DNA from: Clostridia bacterium
GTDB taxonomy: Bacteria; Bacillota; Clostridia; Oscillospirales; CAG-272
NCBI GenBank assembly: GCA_017504245.1
Contig: JAFVRQ010000009.1
Coordinates: 2,224 to 66,223, forward strand
Length of the DNA: 64,000 nt
Direction: 5' to 3'
A model generated the notes under the pieces. The model saw only the letters and a program-made list of their open reading frames with translations, did no database searches and was not told the origin of the DNA. Shown piece after piece: positions 1-10,991 of this stretch; position 1 is the stretch's first letter, and every line of letters starts with the position of its first letter. The position numbers were made by a program, and so were the translations under genes.

Positions 1-1416
1 TCAAAGGACGGAAAGACACTTATTCGATACCCTTCGGGCAAAGAGGGGGAGAGCTTCACAATTCCCGACGGAGTTGAAACGATTGCCTATAATGCTTTTT
101 ACAGAAGCTCAAATTTGAAGTTTGTGGAGCTTCCGAGCAGTGTTACTGCAATTGGGGAGGGCGCTTTCAGAGAGTGCTCATCCCTTGACAACGTGGTGAT
201 TCCCGATTCGGTTATTTCAATTGGTGATAATGCTTTTTCAAAATGCGATGGGCTTAAAAATATTACTCTCAGCAAAAATCTTGAAAGCATTGGAGCGCAG
301 GCGTTTTCGGATTGTATTGCTTTAAAATCAATCGTTTTGCCGGATTCTTTAAAGAATTTTGGCAAGGAGTTGTTTTTGGGCTGTTGGGAGCTTTGTGACG
401 TTACTTTGCCGAGCGGAATTGAGAAGATTCCTGAGGGAATGCTTTCTTGCTGCAATTCATTGACCTCTTTTGTTGTGCCCGACACGGTAAAGAGAATTGG
501 AATTGCTGCGTTTGACGGTGCGGGGCTTATAAAAATCGTGCTTCCCGAGGGGCTTGAGGTGATTTCTTGGCGCGCCTTTGAGGAATGCAAGCAGCTTAGA
601 GAAATTATTATACCAAAATCCGTTAATTTGATTGACGGCGAGGCATTTCAAGAATGCTCTTTGCTTGAGGCTGTGACCTTTCTTGGCGGTGACGCTCGTT
701 TGGGTGCCGGCGCTTTTGACGGGTGCGAGAAATTGAAAAGGGTTTATGCGCCGAGCGTGGAGGATTGGCTTTCTTTGTCGTTTGAAAATATGGGGTCAAA
801 TCCCTTGGAATTTGGTGGAAAGCTATATTTGAACGGTGAATTTGCGACGAATATTGAAATTCCCGAGGGTGTGACGGTTATTGGCTCTTATCAGTTTTCT
901 GGGTATTCATATCTTGAGAGTGTGAAGCTTCCCGAGGGGCTTGAAGTAATATCGAATTCTGCGTTTGAAAATTGCAAGAAAATAAAGGAAATTAATCTGC
1001 CTTCGACCTTGAAGGTGATTGACAATGCCGCATTTAACAAATGCTCTTTGCTTAAAAATTTGTATATTCCGTCATTGGAGTTTTATCTCGATTTGGACGG
1101 ATACGGCAGCGTTATGTCAAACGTGGAGAATTTGTATATCGACGGCGAGCGCGTGTCGGAGGTTATTTTCCCCGATGGCGTTGAAAGAATCCCCGATTTC
1201 GCGTTTTGTAATTGGGGCTTTCTTGAAGGTATTTACATTCCGTCAACGGTGAATAATATTGGTTATTACGGCTTGGCGGGCTGCGACTCGCTTGGTGAAA
1301 TTCGCTTTGGCGGCACTGTTGCCGAGTGGGAGGAGATCGTTAGGTGGTCTCATTATTGGAAGCAATCCTCGGATAAGTACACCGTCATTTGTGTGGACGG
1401 AGAAATAGAATACTAA
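1..1416 (+). CDS. BspA-type leucine-rich repeat (LRR_5) surface protein, 5'-truncated by the window edge
   Basis: Frame is open from base 1 (SKDGKTLIRYPSGK...). Many IPxSVxxIGxxAFxxCxxL repeats; C-terminal cap FGGTVAEW...YTVICVDG. Confidence 0.9.
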   Translation, partial: SKDGKTLIRYPSGKEGESFTIPDGVETIAYNAFYRSSNLKFVELPSSVTAIGEGAFRECSSLDNVVIPDSVISIGDNAFSKCDGLKNITLSKNLESIGAQAFSDCIALKSIVLPDSLKNFGKELFLGCWELCDVTLPSGIEKIPEGMLSCCNSLTSFVVPDTVKRIGIAAFDGAGLIKIVLPEGLEVISWRAFEECKQLREIIIPKSVNLIDGEAFQECSLLEAVTFLGGDARLGAGAFDGCEKLKRVYAPSVEDWLSLSFENMGSNPLEFGGKLYLNGEFATNIEIPEGVTVIGSYQFSGYSYLESVKLPEGLEVISNSAFENCKKIKEINLPSTLKVIDNAAFNKCSLLKNLYIPSLEFYLDLDGYGSVMSNVENLYIDGERVSEVIFPDGVERIPDFAFCNWGFLEGIYIPSTVNNIGYYGLAGCDSLGEIRFGGTVAEWEEIVRWSHYWKQSSDKYTVICVDGEIEY

Positions 1417-1611
1417 CAAAAATACACCACCCGTGATCGGGCTATTTCAAATCTGAAGGGGTTTTAGAAAAAATCGCTATTTAATGCCTTCCAAATTTGA
1501 TGGGGTTAATTATGAGATTTTCGAACTCGATACAGTTGAATGGCTTTCAAATCTGGTGGGGGTGGAATTAGTGTAATATACTAATACGCTCGAGAAAACA
1601 AATAAACTAAA

Positions 1612-1649
1612 AAGACACCTCATATCGAATATTCGATATGAGGTGTCTT
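1612..1649. terminator. Perfect 38-bp palindrome between convergent genes; probable bidirectional terminator
   Basis: aagacacctcatatcgaat/attcgatatgaggtgtctt. Confidence 0.7.
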
Positions 1650-1673
1650 ACTTATGAATACTGTTTTTCTGTT

Positions 1674-2429
1674 TTATATAAAATTAATGGGATTATTCTT
1701 GCAGTAAGCATAAAGGTTTAATCCGTTAATAGTTTTGGACTCCAAATAATTTGGTGTGTCCGCATTGATGAATCTGCTGGTCTTAGGATCATAATATCTC
1801 GTCATAAGGTAATACATCTTGAGATCCTTGTCCCAATAGTAGCCCCTATATCGCATCGGATTGCGCGCGCCAATGCCGTTAGTGTCGTATGTTACAGTAC
1901 AGTTGCCCCAAGCATCATAAACGTATTCCGCAAGCTTAGTAGCACCTTGATAGATAGCTGTAATATCTCCGAACAAATTCTTTCTATAGATGAATCTTTC
2001 GCCATTCTCTTCGTAGCCAACAATACCGTCGGAAGAATAGAGATAACGTCTTGTATAAGCGCCTTCCGTTTCCGTACGAAGTCTACCGTTGCTATCGTAA
2101 ATATAGCTCGAATCAACAATATCAATATGATTTACTCTTAACTTGGATTTTCTAATGCCGTTTGCATCGTATGTCATACGTGAAGTAGTCGAATCCTTTG
2201 TGAAACGAGTCAGAAGTCTGCCTCTGCTCCAAGCAAGCGTCGCGCCAAGATAGCTTGTGGGGTTGCCGCAAGTATCATAAACGATGCTCTGACCGTCAAA
2301 GTTAGTTAACTGGTCCTTCCAAGCGTTTGTGTATGTATAAGCATACGTTTTCGTCGGCTCACCTTCAATCACACCCTCAGTGTAAGCGTATTCATTTTTG
2401 GACACAATATTTCCACCTACATTATACAC
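1674..2429 (-). pseudogene. RHS/YD-repeat core fragment lacking the DPxG site and the toxin tip
   Basis: YD repeats plus YDAWGN...NPMRYRGYYWD...YYLMTRYYDP...RFINAD...NLYAYCKNNPINFI, followed immediately by a stop. Confidence 0.85.
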
Positions 2430-2445
2430 GAACGTATAAGTTTTG

Positions 2446-2637
2446 TCAAGGAATAATTAAGGCAGGTCTACAATTTGTATATTTTTTGTGTCTATTATAG
2501 TTAAATACAATAGAAAGTTCTAAACTACGCTTAATATCACTCAAAGAAAGCAACGGAAGTTCGTGAATATAGTTGGCATAGGGCAAATCGAGCTTTATCT
2601 GCCCCACATCGTATTTTTTAACATAATTATTTGACAT
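2446..2637 (-). pseudogene. Short ORF with strong RBS; probable N-terminal remnant of the same RHS gene
   Basis: AAGGAGG-N7-ATG start; abuts the RHS core fragment out of frame. Confidence 0.55.
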
Positions 2638-2790
2638 TTTTATTCCTCCTTTAAATTATATATTTTTATGTTTTTCTTGTGTTTGCACGACGATTGGGTT
2701 AAGAGTATATTATCCGTGCCAATAATTGCTCTTTTCTTAAACAATCAATTTAACCGCCCCCTTTGTGTAAAGTTATTATAACTCATAAAA

Positions 2791-2850
2791 ACCTGCCACA
2801 ATCTACCACAACCTGCCACAACCTGCCAAACTCTGCCAACTCTTGCCACT
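2791..2850. repeat. Six imperfect tandem 10-bp repeats (acctgccaca)
   Basis: acctgccaca atctaccaca acctgccaca acctgccaaa ctctgccaac tcttgccact. Confidence 0.9.
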
Positions 2851-2888
2851 TTTGAAAAATTATGCAAAAAATATTTTCAAAAAACCTA

Positions 2889-2917
2889 TTGACAAAAGGG
2901 AAAGTATGTGGTAAAAT
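2889..2917 (+). promoter_or_regulatory. sigmaA promoter of the infC operon
   Basis: TTGACA-17 bp-TAAAAT with extended TG. Confidence 0.8.
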
Positions 2918-2924
2918 ACATCAG

Positions 2925-3050
2925 TAATGAAGCAGAACACCCCGTTCTCACCCTGCCACATAGGTGCGCTTGTGTTGATATTTTTGATATATAGGCCATA
3001 ATGGGCTTTGTGTGTCGTACGGGAAAATTCTGCGTACGACTTTTATTTTT
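2925..3050 (+). ncRNA. L20 leader (autogenous regulatory RNA)
   Basis: AGCAGAACACCCGTTCTCACC motif and terminal gtcgtacg/cgtacgac-U tract hairpin upstream of infC-rpmI-rplT, where the Firmicutes L20 leader lies. Confidence 0.7.
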
Positions 3051-3064
3051 TTGGAGGTGTTACC

Positions 3065-3583
3065 ATAGCTAACGCAAAAGAAATGCTGATTAACGAGCAG
3101 ATCGACGCAAAGGAGATCAGAGTTATCGGCGCAGACGGAGAACAGCTTGGAATTATGAGCACGGAGCAGGCGCTCAGAATGGCATACAACGACGGTCTTG
3201 ACCTCGTTATGATGACGGGAAATGCAACTCCCCCCGTTTGCAAGATTATGAATTACGGAAAGTTCCGTTTTGAACGTGAGAAGAAGGAAAAGGAAGCTAA
3301 AAAGAAGCAACAGGTTGTTGAGCTTAAAGAAATTCAGCTTTCCTGCAGAATCGAAGCTCACGATTTTGAAACAAAATTAAAGCACGCTCACAAATTCTTG
3401 TCGAGCGGAAACAAGGTTCGCGTGGTTCTTCGCTTTAAGGGAAGAGAAATGTCACACCAGGATCTTGGCGCAGAAATTATGGAGAAATTCCGCGTTGCTT
3501 GTGAGGAGCTTGGAACTGTTGATAAAAAGCCCACGCTCGACGGCAGAATTCTCAGTATGGTAATTTCGCCAATCAAAAAGTAA
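3065..3583 (+). CDS. infC: Translation initiation factor IF-3 (ATA start)
   Basis: INEQI..EIRVIG, PPVCKIMNYGKF, FKGRE motifs; GGAGGT 6 nt before an in-frame ATA. Confidence 0.95.
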   Translation: MANAKEMLINEQIDAKEIRVIGADGEQLGIMSTEQALRMAYNDGLDLVMMTGNATPPVCKIMNYGKFRFEREKKEKEAKKKQQVVELKEIQLSCRIEAHDFETKLKHAHKFLSSGNKVRVVLRFKGREMSHQDLGAEIMEKFRVACEELGTVDKKPTLDGRILSMVISPIKK

Positions 3584-3665
3584 AGCAGTACACAATAGGT
3601 CCTTGACCTCAAAAATAAAAATTATGTTTCGGGAGACCGAAATAAATATCAAAGGAGATAAAACA

Positions 3666-3860
3666 ATGGGAAAAATCAAAACACATAAGGCTTCATCCAA
3701 GAGATTTTCTGTAACAGGTACAGGTAAGGTTAAGCTCAATCACTGCTTCCGCCGTCATAAGACAGGTAAGAAGACAGGAAAGGCACTTAGACAGGGTAGA
3801 GAAAATGCATACCTTAGCGACGCTATGGCCGCAAACTACAGAGCACTTATTCAGAAATAA
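3666..3860 (+). CDS. rpmI: 50S ribosomal protein L35
   Basis: MGKIKTHKASSKRFSVTGTGK; lies between infC and rplT. Confidence 0.95.
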   Translation: MGKIKTHKASSKRFSVTGTGKVKLNHCFRRHKTGKKTGKALRQGRENAYLSDAMAANYRALIQK

Positions 3861-3891
3861 TCTAAAGAGAATTTATTAGGAGGATAGAAAA

Positions 3892-4245
3892 ATGGCAAGA
3901 GTTAAAGGCGCGATGATGACGCGTAAGAGAAGAAATAAAGTACTTAAGGCAGCTAAGGGTTACTGGGGTGCAAAATCCAAGCACTTCAAGATGGCTAAGC
4001 AAGCCGTTATGAAGAGCGGTAACTACGCATTCGCAGGCAGAAAGCTTAAGAAGAGAGACTTCCGTTCTCTTTGGATCGCTCGTATCAATGCACAGGCAAA
4101 GGTAAACGGCATCAACTATTCACAGTTTATGCACGGTCTTAAAAAAGCTGGTATTGACCTTAACAGAAAGATGCTTGCAGAGCTTGCAGTTAACGATAAG
4201 GCAGCATTTGCAGCACTCGTTGAACAGGCAAAGGCAGCTCTTTAA
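3892..4245 (+). CDS. rplT: 50S ribosomal protein L20
   Basis: MARVKG...[15 protein letters not shown]...[11 protein letters not shown]. Confidence 0.98.
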   Translation: MARVKGAMMTRKRRNKVLKAAKGYWGAKSKHFKMAKQAVMKSGNYAFAGRKLKKRDFRSLWIARINAQAKVNGINYSQFMHGLKKAGIDLNRKMLAELAVNDKAAFAALVEQAKAAL

Positions 4246-4252
4246 TCAGATT

Positions 4253-4278
4253 AAAAAACCCGGTCTGCCGGGTTTTTT
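4253..4278 (+). terminator. Rho-independent terminator after rplT
   Basis: aaaaaacccgg-tctg-ccgggtttttt. Confidence 0.85.
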
Positions 4279-4425
4279 GTCATATTTATAGGTGCGGTTG
4301 TTGGCTCGATTTTGAGCCTAACTGCACCCAAAAACGCCTTTATGAGCGTTGAAAAGCTATGGAAAAGGTCGAAAAATTCAATGGCTTTTCAATTTTTATA
4401 ATTTATGAAAGGAGCATTTTTCGTT

Positions 4426-5238
4426 ATGGAATGGCAGTATATTTCATCAAAAAGCAATTCGCTTATTGTTAGAATTTCAAAGCTCAAGGATAAAAAATAC
4501 CGAAAAGCCGAGGGGCTCTTCCGCTTTGACGGAATTAAGCTCTTTTATGAGGCGGCAACCTCAGGCGCGCCTATTGAATACGTGCTTCTTTCTGAGAGCG
4601 CGCGTGAAAAATATCGCTATGAGGTGGAGAAAAAATGCGTCTGTGAGAAGCTATATATCCTTGCGGATGACGTTTTTTCAAGGCTCACCGAAGAGCAGGC
4701 TCCCGAGGGGATTGTTACGGTTTGCAAAAACCTTAACAATATCACCCTTGAAGCCGATACGGACGTGCTTGCAAAGTCACTTCTTGGGAAGCGCGTGCTT
4801 ATGCTTGAAAGCGTTCGCGACGTTGGAAATATGGGCACGATAATCAGAAGCGCAAGGGCTTTTGGAATTGATGCGCTTGTTATTAGCTCCGATTGTGCGG
4901 ATTTGTATAATCCCAAAACCGTAAGAGCGGCTATGGGGGCACTCTTTACGCAACGAATAGTTGCAGTTGAGTCGATTTCGTCTTTAGTGTTGGCAATGAG
5001 AGGAGAAGGTGCGCGGGTTTTTGCGGCGGCTCTTGAGCGTGGTGCCAAAAAGCTTGGAGAAATTGAGCTTAAAAAGGGAGATGCAATTCTTATCGGCAAC
5101 GAGGGTCACGGACTATCCGCAGAGGCGATTTCCTCTTGCGACGAATGTGTTTACATTCCTATGGAGGATGGCAGCGAGTCTTTAAACGCATCGATTGCCG
5201 CATCCGTTTGTATGTGGGAGCTTTATAAGACGAGATAA
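4426..5238 (+). CDS. TrmH/SpoU family RNA methyltransferase
   Basis: DVGNMGTIIRSA, IGNEGHG, IPM...ESLNASIA SPOUT motifs. Confidence 0.92.
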   Translation: MEWQYISSKSNSLIVRISKLKDKKYRKAEGLFRFDGIKLFYEAATSGAPIEYVLLSESAREKYRYEVEKKCVCEKLYILADDVFSRLTEEQAPEGIVTVCKNLNNITLEADTDVLAKSLLGKRVLMLESVRDVGNMGTIIRSARAFGIDALVISSDCADLYNPKTVRAAMGALFTQRIVAVESISSLVLAMRGEGARVFAAALERGAKKLGEIELKKGDAILIGNEGHGLSAEAISSCDECVYIPMEDGSESLNASIAASVCMWELYKTR

Positions 5239-5250
5239 AGGAATTAGTTT

Positions 5251-6618
5251 ATGGAAATCAGTTTGTTTAAAAAATCCGAGCAGGTTTATTGGATCTGGCT
5301 TGCCTTAAAATTGAATAATCAGAATTCGGTATTTCAGCGATTGCTCGATCTTTTTAACAATTCGCCATACGAAATCTATCGCGCGGACGAAAAGGCTTTG
5401 AATCGCGCGGAATTCCTATCCGAATTTCAAAGAAAATCACTTCTTGATAAGAACATAGACGAAGCAATTTCTATTAATAATTATTGTAAGTGGAATAGGA
5501 TCGGAGTGCTTAATTACTGTGACAGTATGTATCCCGATTCACTTAAGATAATGAAAAAACCGCCGATGATTCTTTATTATATTGGCAATTTACCCAATTT
5601 GAATAACAAGGTTTGCGTTTCGGTGGTTGGAACTCGAAAAATGACGGAATACGGAATGCGCTCCTGCTATAAATTGGCTTATGAGCTTGCATCCTCGGGC
5701 GCTGTAGTCATTAGCGGAATGGCGTTGGGTATTGACAGCATTGCGCACGTTGGCGCAATCGCGGCTCGCGGAACGACTGTTGCGGTGCTTGGTTGTGGAA
5801 TTGATGTTATTTATCCCAAGCAACACAGAACGCTTCGTAAATATATTTGTCAATACGGCGCGGTGATAACCGCTTATCATCCTTCCGAGCCCGCATATAA
5901 AAATCACTTTCCCGAAAGAAACGCTATCATAAGTGCGCTAAGTGAGGGAACACTTGTAGTTGAAGCGCCCAAAAACAGCGGCGCGCTTATAACTGCGGAT
6001 CGCGCGGCTGAGCAGTCGCGAACCGTTTATGCTCTCCCGGGAAGCATTGAGGAGCCGATGAGTGAGGGTCCGAACTTTCTGATAAAGAATGGCGCGGTTG
6101 CGATTACCGAGGCGCGTGATATTCTTGAGTATTATTTTGAAAATCATTCCAGACTCGTTGACCCCGTTAAGCTTCGTCAGGGTGAGCTCAGCTCCGATTT
6201 TGACAAGGATTTTCTTGACAAAATGGGGATTAATGCAGATTGTATAGGAAAGGGGCCAAAGGGTACGCCAAAGGCGTTGCTCGAAAAGCTCAATTATGAA
6301 TTGAGCAATAATGAGGAGCAGAACAGTGATTATTATTCCGCTCCGGCTATTAAAAAAATTAAATGCGAGGAGAGTATTGCTCCCGAGAAGGAAGAAAGAA
6401 TCGCAAAAGAGCCGACTCACGTTGATGAGAGCGTGCTTGGTACTCTTTCTGAAACTGAAAGAAAAATATTTAATGAGCTGCTTTGTGACAAGCCAACCTC
6501 GGTTGACGAGCTTGTCAAAGGCGGTTACCCCATCGGTACTGTGATGGCAACGCTTACCGTTCTTGAAATCAAAGGACTTATAAGCTCCTTGCCCGGTGGA
6601 TTGTATATCAGAAAATAA
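5251..6618 (+). CDS. dprA: DNA-processing protein DprA
   Basis: VVGTR, ISGMALGID, FPERNAIISAL, SGALITA; C-terminal winged helix; upstream of topA. Confidence 0.95.
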   Translation: MEISLFKKSEQVYWIWLALKLNNQNSVFQRLLDLFNNSPYEIYRADEKALNRAEFLSEFQRKSLLDKNIDEAISINNYCKWNRIGVLNYCDSMYPDSLKIMKKPPMILYYIGNLPNLNNKVCVSVVGTRKMTEYGMRSCYKLAYELASSGAVVISGMALGIDSIAHVGAIAARGTTVAVLGCGIDVIYPKQHRTLRKYICQYGAVITAYHPSEPAYKNHFPERNAIISALSEGTLVVEAPKNSGALITADRAAEQSRTVYALPGSIEEPMSEGPNFLIKNGAVAITEARDILEYYFENHSRLVDPVKLRQGELSSDFDKDFLDKMGINADCIGKGPKGTPKALLEKLNYELSNNEEQNSDYYSAPAIKKIKCEESIAPEKEERIAKEPTHVDESVLGTLSETERKIFNELLCDKPTSVDELVKGGYPIGTVMATLTVLEIKGLISSLPGGLYIRK

Positions 6619-6639
6619 TCGTTAGTGAAAGGAATAAAT

Positions 6640-8928
6640 ATGGCAAATCTCGTTATCGTGGAGTCACCTACAAAGGTAGGGGCTATAAAGAAATATCTTG
6701 GTTCAAACTATAAGGTTGTTGCATCCAAAGGACATTTGCGTGACCTTCCCAAAAGCACGCTCGGTGTTGATATTGAAAATGGATTTGAGCCACATTATAT
6801 AAATATCAGAGGTAAGGGAGACCTTATCAAGGAAATAAAAAAAGAGGCAAAGAATGCAAAAAAAGTATTCCTTGCAACCGACCCTGACCGTGAGGGTGAG
6901 GCGATTGCCTGGCATCTTGCAAACGTGCTTGGAATCCCGGTTGAAAAAACCTTGCGCGTAAGCTTTAATGAAATAACGCCAACGGTTGTAAAGGCATCTA
7001 TAAAAGAGCCAAGAAATATTGATATGAATCTTGTTAATGCACAGCAGACAAGACGCCTTTTTGACAGAATAGTGGGCTATAAGATCAGTCCTCTCCTTTG
7101 GAAAACCGTTAAGAGCGGTCTTTCTGCAGGACGAGTTCAGTCCGTTGCAACGAGAATTCTTGTAGAAAGAGAAAATGAAATTGCGGCGTTCGTGCCCGTT
7201 GAATATTGGACAATTGAAGCAGAGCTTCAAAATGCAGAGGGCAAAAACTTTACGGTTCGCTTCTTCGGTGATGAAAACGGCAAGGTTAAGCTTTCAAGCG
7301 AGAACGATGCTAACGCGGTGCTTAACGCAATCAACAAGGGTAAGTTTACGGTAAAATCAGTTAAGAGAGCGGATAAGCAGAAGCTTCCCGCACCTCCATT
7401 TATAACTTCAACGCTTCAGCAGGAGGCATCCTATAAGCTCGGCTTCCAATCCGCTCGCACTATGCGTGTGGCTCAGGAGCTTTACGAGGGTATTAACGTT
7501 GGCTCGGAATACGGCGGTGTTCAGGGTCTTATCACCTATATGAGAACCGACTCTCTCCGCATTTCCGATGATGCGCAGAGCGCGGCAAGGGAATTCATCG
7601 TTGAAAAATACGGTGAGGAATATGCTCCCAAAACACCAAGAAAATATAAGGCAGGCAAGGGCGCGCAGGACGCTCACGAGGCGATCAGACCCTCAAAGGT
7701 TGAGCTTACCCCCTCGCTTATCAAGAAGGCACTCACTCCCGATCAGTATAAGCTCTATAAATTGATTTGGGAAAGATTTGTTGCTTCTCAAATGCAATCC
7801 GCAAAGCTCAATACGGTTACTGCCGACTTTGTTAATAACGGATATATTTTCCGCGCAAGCGGATATACGGTTGCTTTCCCCGGCTATATGACGGTTTATG
7901 AGGCAACAGAGGAGGTTAAGGCGCACTCCGATGAGGTGGCGATCGTTAAGGATATTCGAATTCCCGCTCTTTCGGACGGTGAGGTTCTCAATATGCTCTC
8001 GGTTGCTCCCGAGCAGCACTATACGGAAGCGCCCCCGAGATATACCGAAGCATCCCTTATCAAATTCCTTGAGGAAAAGGGAATTGGCAGACCGAGTACC
8101 TACACCCCTATCATTACGACTATTCTTGCGAGAAATTACGTTCACAGAGAGGGCAAGGCGCTCGTTCCCACACAGCTTGGTATTCTTACCACGAAGCTTA
8201 TGGAGGAAAACTTTGCTGACGTGGTTGACTATAAATTTACTGCAAATATGGAAACAGACCTTGACAAGATTGAAGCGGGCGAGCTTGAATGCGTTGACGT
8301 TCTTGCGGATTTTTGGAAGGATTTCAAGGTTGATCTTGCGAAGGCAGAGGAAAAGATTGGCTCTGAGGATATAAAAATTCCCGTTGAGGAAACGGACATC
8401 ATCTGCGATAAATGTGGTGCAACGATGGTAGTTAGAATGGGTAAATTCGGCAAATTTGCCGCTTGTCCCAACTTCCCCAAGTGCAGAAATACAAAGCCAC
8501 TCACTCCCCCCGAGGAGCAAAGTGTTGAGGAGAATAAGGAATCAAAAAAGGAGATTATTGCAGATTTCAAATGTGAAAAATGCGGCTCTGATATGGTGCT
8601 TCGTTCGAGTAGATTCGGTTCATTCTATGCTTGCTCAAAATATCCCACCTGCAAGTTCATCAAGCCGATAACGAAGGAAATTGACGTTCCTTGTCCCAAG
8701 TGCGCGGGCAAGGTGCTTACGAAATACGGCAAGAAAAAGACCGTTTTCTATAGCTGCGAAAATTATCCAAAGTGCGATTTCTCAAGCTGGGATATGCCAA
8801 CGGCAGAAAGCTGTCCCGATTGCGGAAAGATGCTTTTCAGAAAGAAGGGCAAGGATCTTCTTATCTGTGCCGACAAGGATTGCGGATACAAGAGAGCCGT
8901 TGAGCCCATTAAGGAAAGTGAAGAATAA
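6640..8928 (+). CDS. topA: DNA topoisomerase I
   Basis: [31 protein letters not shown]; C-terminal C4 zinc ribbons. Confidence 0.98.
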   Translation: MANLVIVESPTKVGAIKKYLGSNYKVVASKGHLRDLPKSTLGVDIENGFEPHYINIRGKGDLIKEIKKEAKNAKKVFLATDPDREGEAIAWHLANVLGIPVEKTLRVSFNEITPTVVKASIKEPRNIDMNLVNAQQTRRLFDRIVGYKISPLLWKTVKSGLSAGRVQSVATRILVERENEIAAFVPVEYWTIEAELQNAEGKNFTVRFFGDENGKVKLSSENDANAVLNAINKGKFTVKSVKRADKQKLPAPPFITSTLQQEASYKLGFQSARTMRVAQELYEGINVGSEYGGVQGLITYMRTDSLRISDDAQSAAREFIVEKYGEEYAPKTPRKYKAGKGAQDAHEAIRPSKVELTPSLIKKALTPDQYKLYKLIWERFVASQMQSAKLNTVTADFVNNGYIFRASGYTVAFPGYMTVYEATEEVKAHSDEVAIVKDIRIPALSDGEVLNMLSVAPEQHYTEAPPRYTEASLIKFLEEKGIGRPSTYTPIITTILARNYVHREGKALVPTQLGILTTKLMEENFADVVDYKFTANMETDLDKIEAGELECVDVLADFWKDFKVDLAKAEEKIGSEDIKIPVEETDIICDKCGATMVVRMGKFGKFAACPNFPKCRNTKPLTPPEEQSVEENKESKKEIIADFKCEKCGSDMVLRSSRFGSFYACSKYPTCKFIKPITKEIDVPCPKCAGKVLTKYGKKKTVFYSCENYPKCDFSSWDMPTAESCPDCGKMLFRKKGKDLLICADKDCGYKRAVEPIKESEE

Positions 8929-10274
8929 TGAGTGAAAATAAATTTGTAAACGTATACGGAGCAGGTCTTGCGGGATGCGAGGCGGCTTGGCAGATAGCAG
9001 AGCGCGGTGTGTGTGTGAAGCTTTATGAGATGAAGCCGCATAAGTTTACTCCCGCCCACCATTCCGAGAGATTTGCGGAGCTCGTTTGCTCCAATTCCTT
9101 GCGCTCCGACAGTGTTATCAATGCGGTTGGACTTCTTAAAGAGGAGATGCGCCGTCTTGGTTCGCTTATTATGGAGGCGGCAGAGAACACCAAAGTTCCC
9201 GCGGGTTCGGCTCTTGCGGTAGATAGAGAGCTTTTCTCCTCGTTTATTACGGAAAAGATTAAAAATCATCCGCTTATAGAGGTTATTGAGGGTGAGGTTT
9301 CATCGGTTAATCCTGACGAGATTACCGTTATCGCAACAGGTCCTCTTACAAGCGATAAAATGGCGGAATACATTGAAAATGAGCTTGGCTGCTCGGGGCT
9401 TCACTTCTTTGATGCCGCGGCTCCTATAGTTGATTTTGCGAGCATTAATATGGATATTGCCTTCTTTGCTTCGCGCTATGATAAGGGCGATGCGGACTAT
9501 ATCAACTGCCCTATGACAAAGGAGCAATACGATGCCTTTTACACCGAGCTTATCGGCGCAAAGGAAGCGGAAATTAAGGAATTTGACCGCGAGGAGCAGA
9601 AGAAAAAGCTCCAGGTTTTTGAGGGCTGTATGCCCGTTGAGGTAATGGCAAAGCGCGGATATGATACGCTTTGTTATGGACCTCTAAAGCCCGTTGGACT
9701 TATTGACCCGAGAACGCAGAGGGAGTCCTTTGCGGTTGTTCAGCTTCGTAAGGAGAACAAGGAGGGAACGATGTATAATATCGTCGGCTTCCAGACCCAC
9801 CTTACGTTCCCCGAGCAGAGAAGGGTGTTCAGAATGATTCCCGGACTTGAAAACGCGGAGTTTTTGAGATACGGAATTATGCATAGAAATACCTATCTTA
9901 ATTCCCCCGGACTTCTCAAAAACGATTATTCAATGATTAAAAATCCCAACATCTTCTTCGCAGGTCAGATGACGGGCGTTGAGGGTTACATAGAGAGCGC
10001 CGGAAGCGGTCTTGTGGCAGGAATTAATGCAGCCGCAAGAGCGAAGGGGGAAGCGGGCGTTGAATTCCCCGAAACAACGATGATCGGTTCTATGGCAAAT
10101 TACGTTCAAAACGGCTCGATGGGTAAATTCGTGCCTATGAATGCGAATTTTGGCATTATAAAGCCCCTTGAATTCAGAGTTAAGGGCGGAAAGAATGCGA
10201 AGAATGAGGTTATCTCAAACCGCGCGCTTGAGACGATTGACAAGGTGATTGAAGAAATGAGAAAGGAGTGTTAA
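8928..10274 (+). CDS. trmFO: Folate/FAD-dependent tRNA (uracil-54)-methyltransferase
   Basis: [41 protein letters not shown]. Confidence 0.97.
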   Translation: MSENKFVNVYGAGLAGCEAAWQIAERGVCVKLYEMKPHKFTPAHHSERFAELVCSNSLRSDSVINAVGLLKEEMRRLGSLIMEAAENTKVPAGSALAVDRELFSSFITEKIKNHPLIEVIEGEVSSVNPDEITVIATGPLTSDKMAEYIENELGCSGLHFFDAAAPIVDFASINMDIAFFASRYDKGDADYINCPMTKEQYDAFYTELIGAKEAEIKEFDREEQKKKLQVFEGCMPVEVMAKRGYDTLCYGPLKPVGLIDPRTQRESFAVVQLRKENKEGTMYNIVGFQTHLTFPEQRRVFRMIPGLENAEFLRYGIMHRNTYLNSPGLLKNDYSMIKNPNIFFAGQMTGVEGYIESAGSGLVAGINAAARAKGEAGVEFPETTMIGSMANYVQNGSMGKFVPMNANFGIIKPLEFRVKGGKNAKNEVISNRALETIDKVIEEMRKEC

Positions 10275-10277
10275 GCA

Positions 10278-10991
10278 ATGCAGAACTTGAATCTTTTTGA
10301 GCTTGAAGCAAAGCTCGGATATAAATTTAAGAATATTCAGTACTTGGAAACTGCGCTTACGCATTCCTCGTATTCAAATGAATTGAAGCTGAAGGGCAAA
10401 ATAGTTGAATGCAACGAGCGTCTTGAATTTCTTGGCGATAGCGTGCTTTCAATCATTGCCGCGAACTATCTTTTTAATAAGTATCCGCAATCTCCCGAGG
10501 GTGAATTAACACGTCGCCGCGCGGTGATAGTTTGCCGTGATGCGCTTTCATTATATGCAAAGAGCTTAAATCTCGGCGATTTCCTCTTCCTTGGAAACGG
10601 TGAGGAGAAGAACAACGCAAGAGAGCGCAAATCCTTGCTTGAAAATACGTTCGAAGCACTTATAGGGTCGATTTATCTTGATGGCGACCCCGATAGAATG
10701 GAAATAATCTTTAACCTCGTTCATCCCTTCTTTGAGGCGGAGCTTTTGGCTTGGGAGCAGGGAAAGGTGGTTAAGGATTATAAATCCGAGCTTCAGCAGA
10801 TGATTCAGCAATCGGGTGTTGACACGCTTTCTTATGCTATTGTAGGCTCAAGCGGACCTGACCACGAAAAGACCTTTGAGGTTGAGGCGCGCCTCAATTC
10901 CAACATCGTTGGCAGGGGAGTGGGTAAGACCAAGCGCGAGGCAGAGCAGAACGCGGCTAAGGAGGCGTTGGCTCTTTTTGGCGAGATATAA
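10278..10991 (+). CDS. rnc: Ribonuclease III
   Basis: NERLEFLGDSVL signature plus C-terminal dsRBD. Confidence 0.97.
   Translation: MQNLNLFELEAKLGYKFKNIQYLETALTHSSYSNELKLKGKIVECNERLEFLGDSVLSIIAANYLFNKYPQSPEGELTRRRAVIVCRDALSLYAKSLNLGDFLFLGNGEEKNNARERKSLLENTFEALIGSIYLDGDPDRMEIIFNLVHPFFEAELLAWEQGKVVKDYKSELQQMIQQSGVDTLSYAIVGSSGPDHEKTFEVEARLNSNIVGRGVGKTKREAEQNAAKEALALFGEI

Noticed and set aside
99-590. Antisense ORF over the LRR gene, and the many other shadow ORFs opposite core genes
   Set aside because: They fully overlap well-supported genes and have no RBS or recognisable motifs.
1441-1563. CRISPR array
   Set aside because: Only three degenerate repeats with uneven spacing, and no cas genes.
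4290-4393. Two extra hairpins after the rplT terminator
   Set aside because: Single-copy in the window and no recognisable RNA family; cannot be supported beyond generic intergenic structure.
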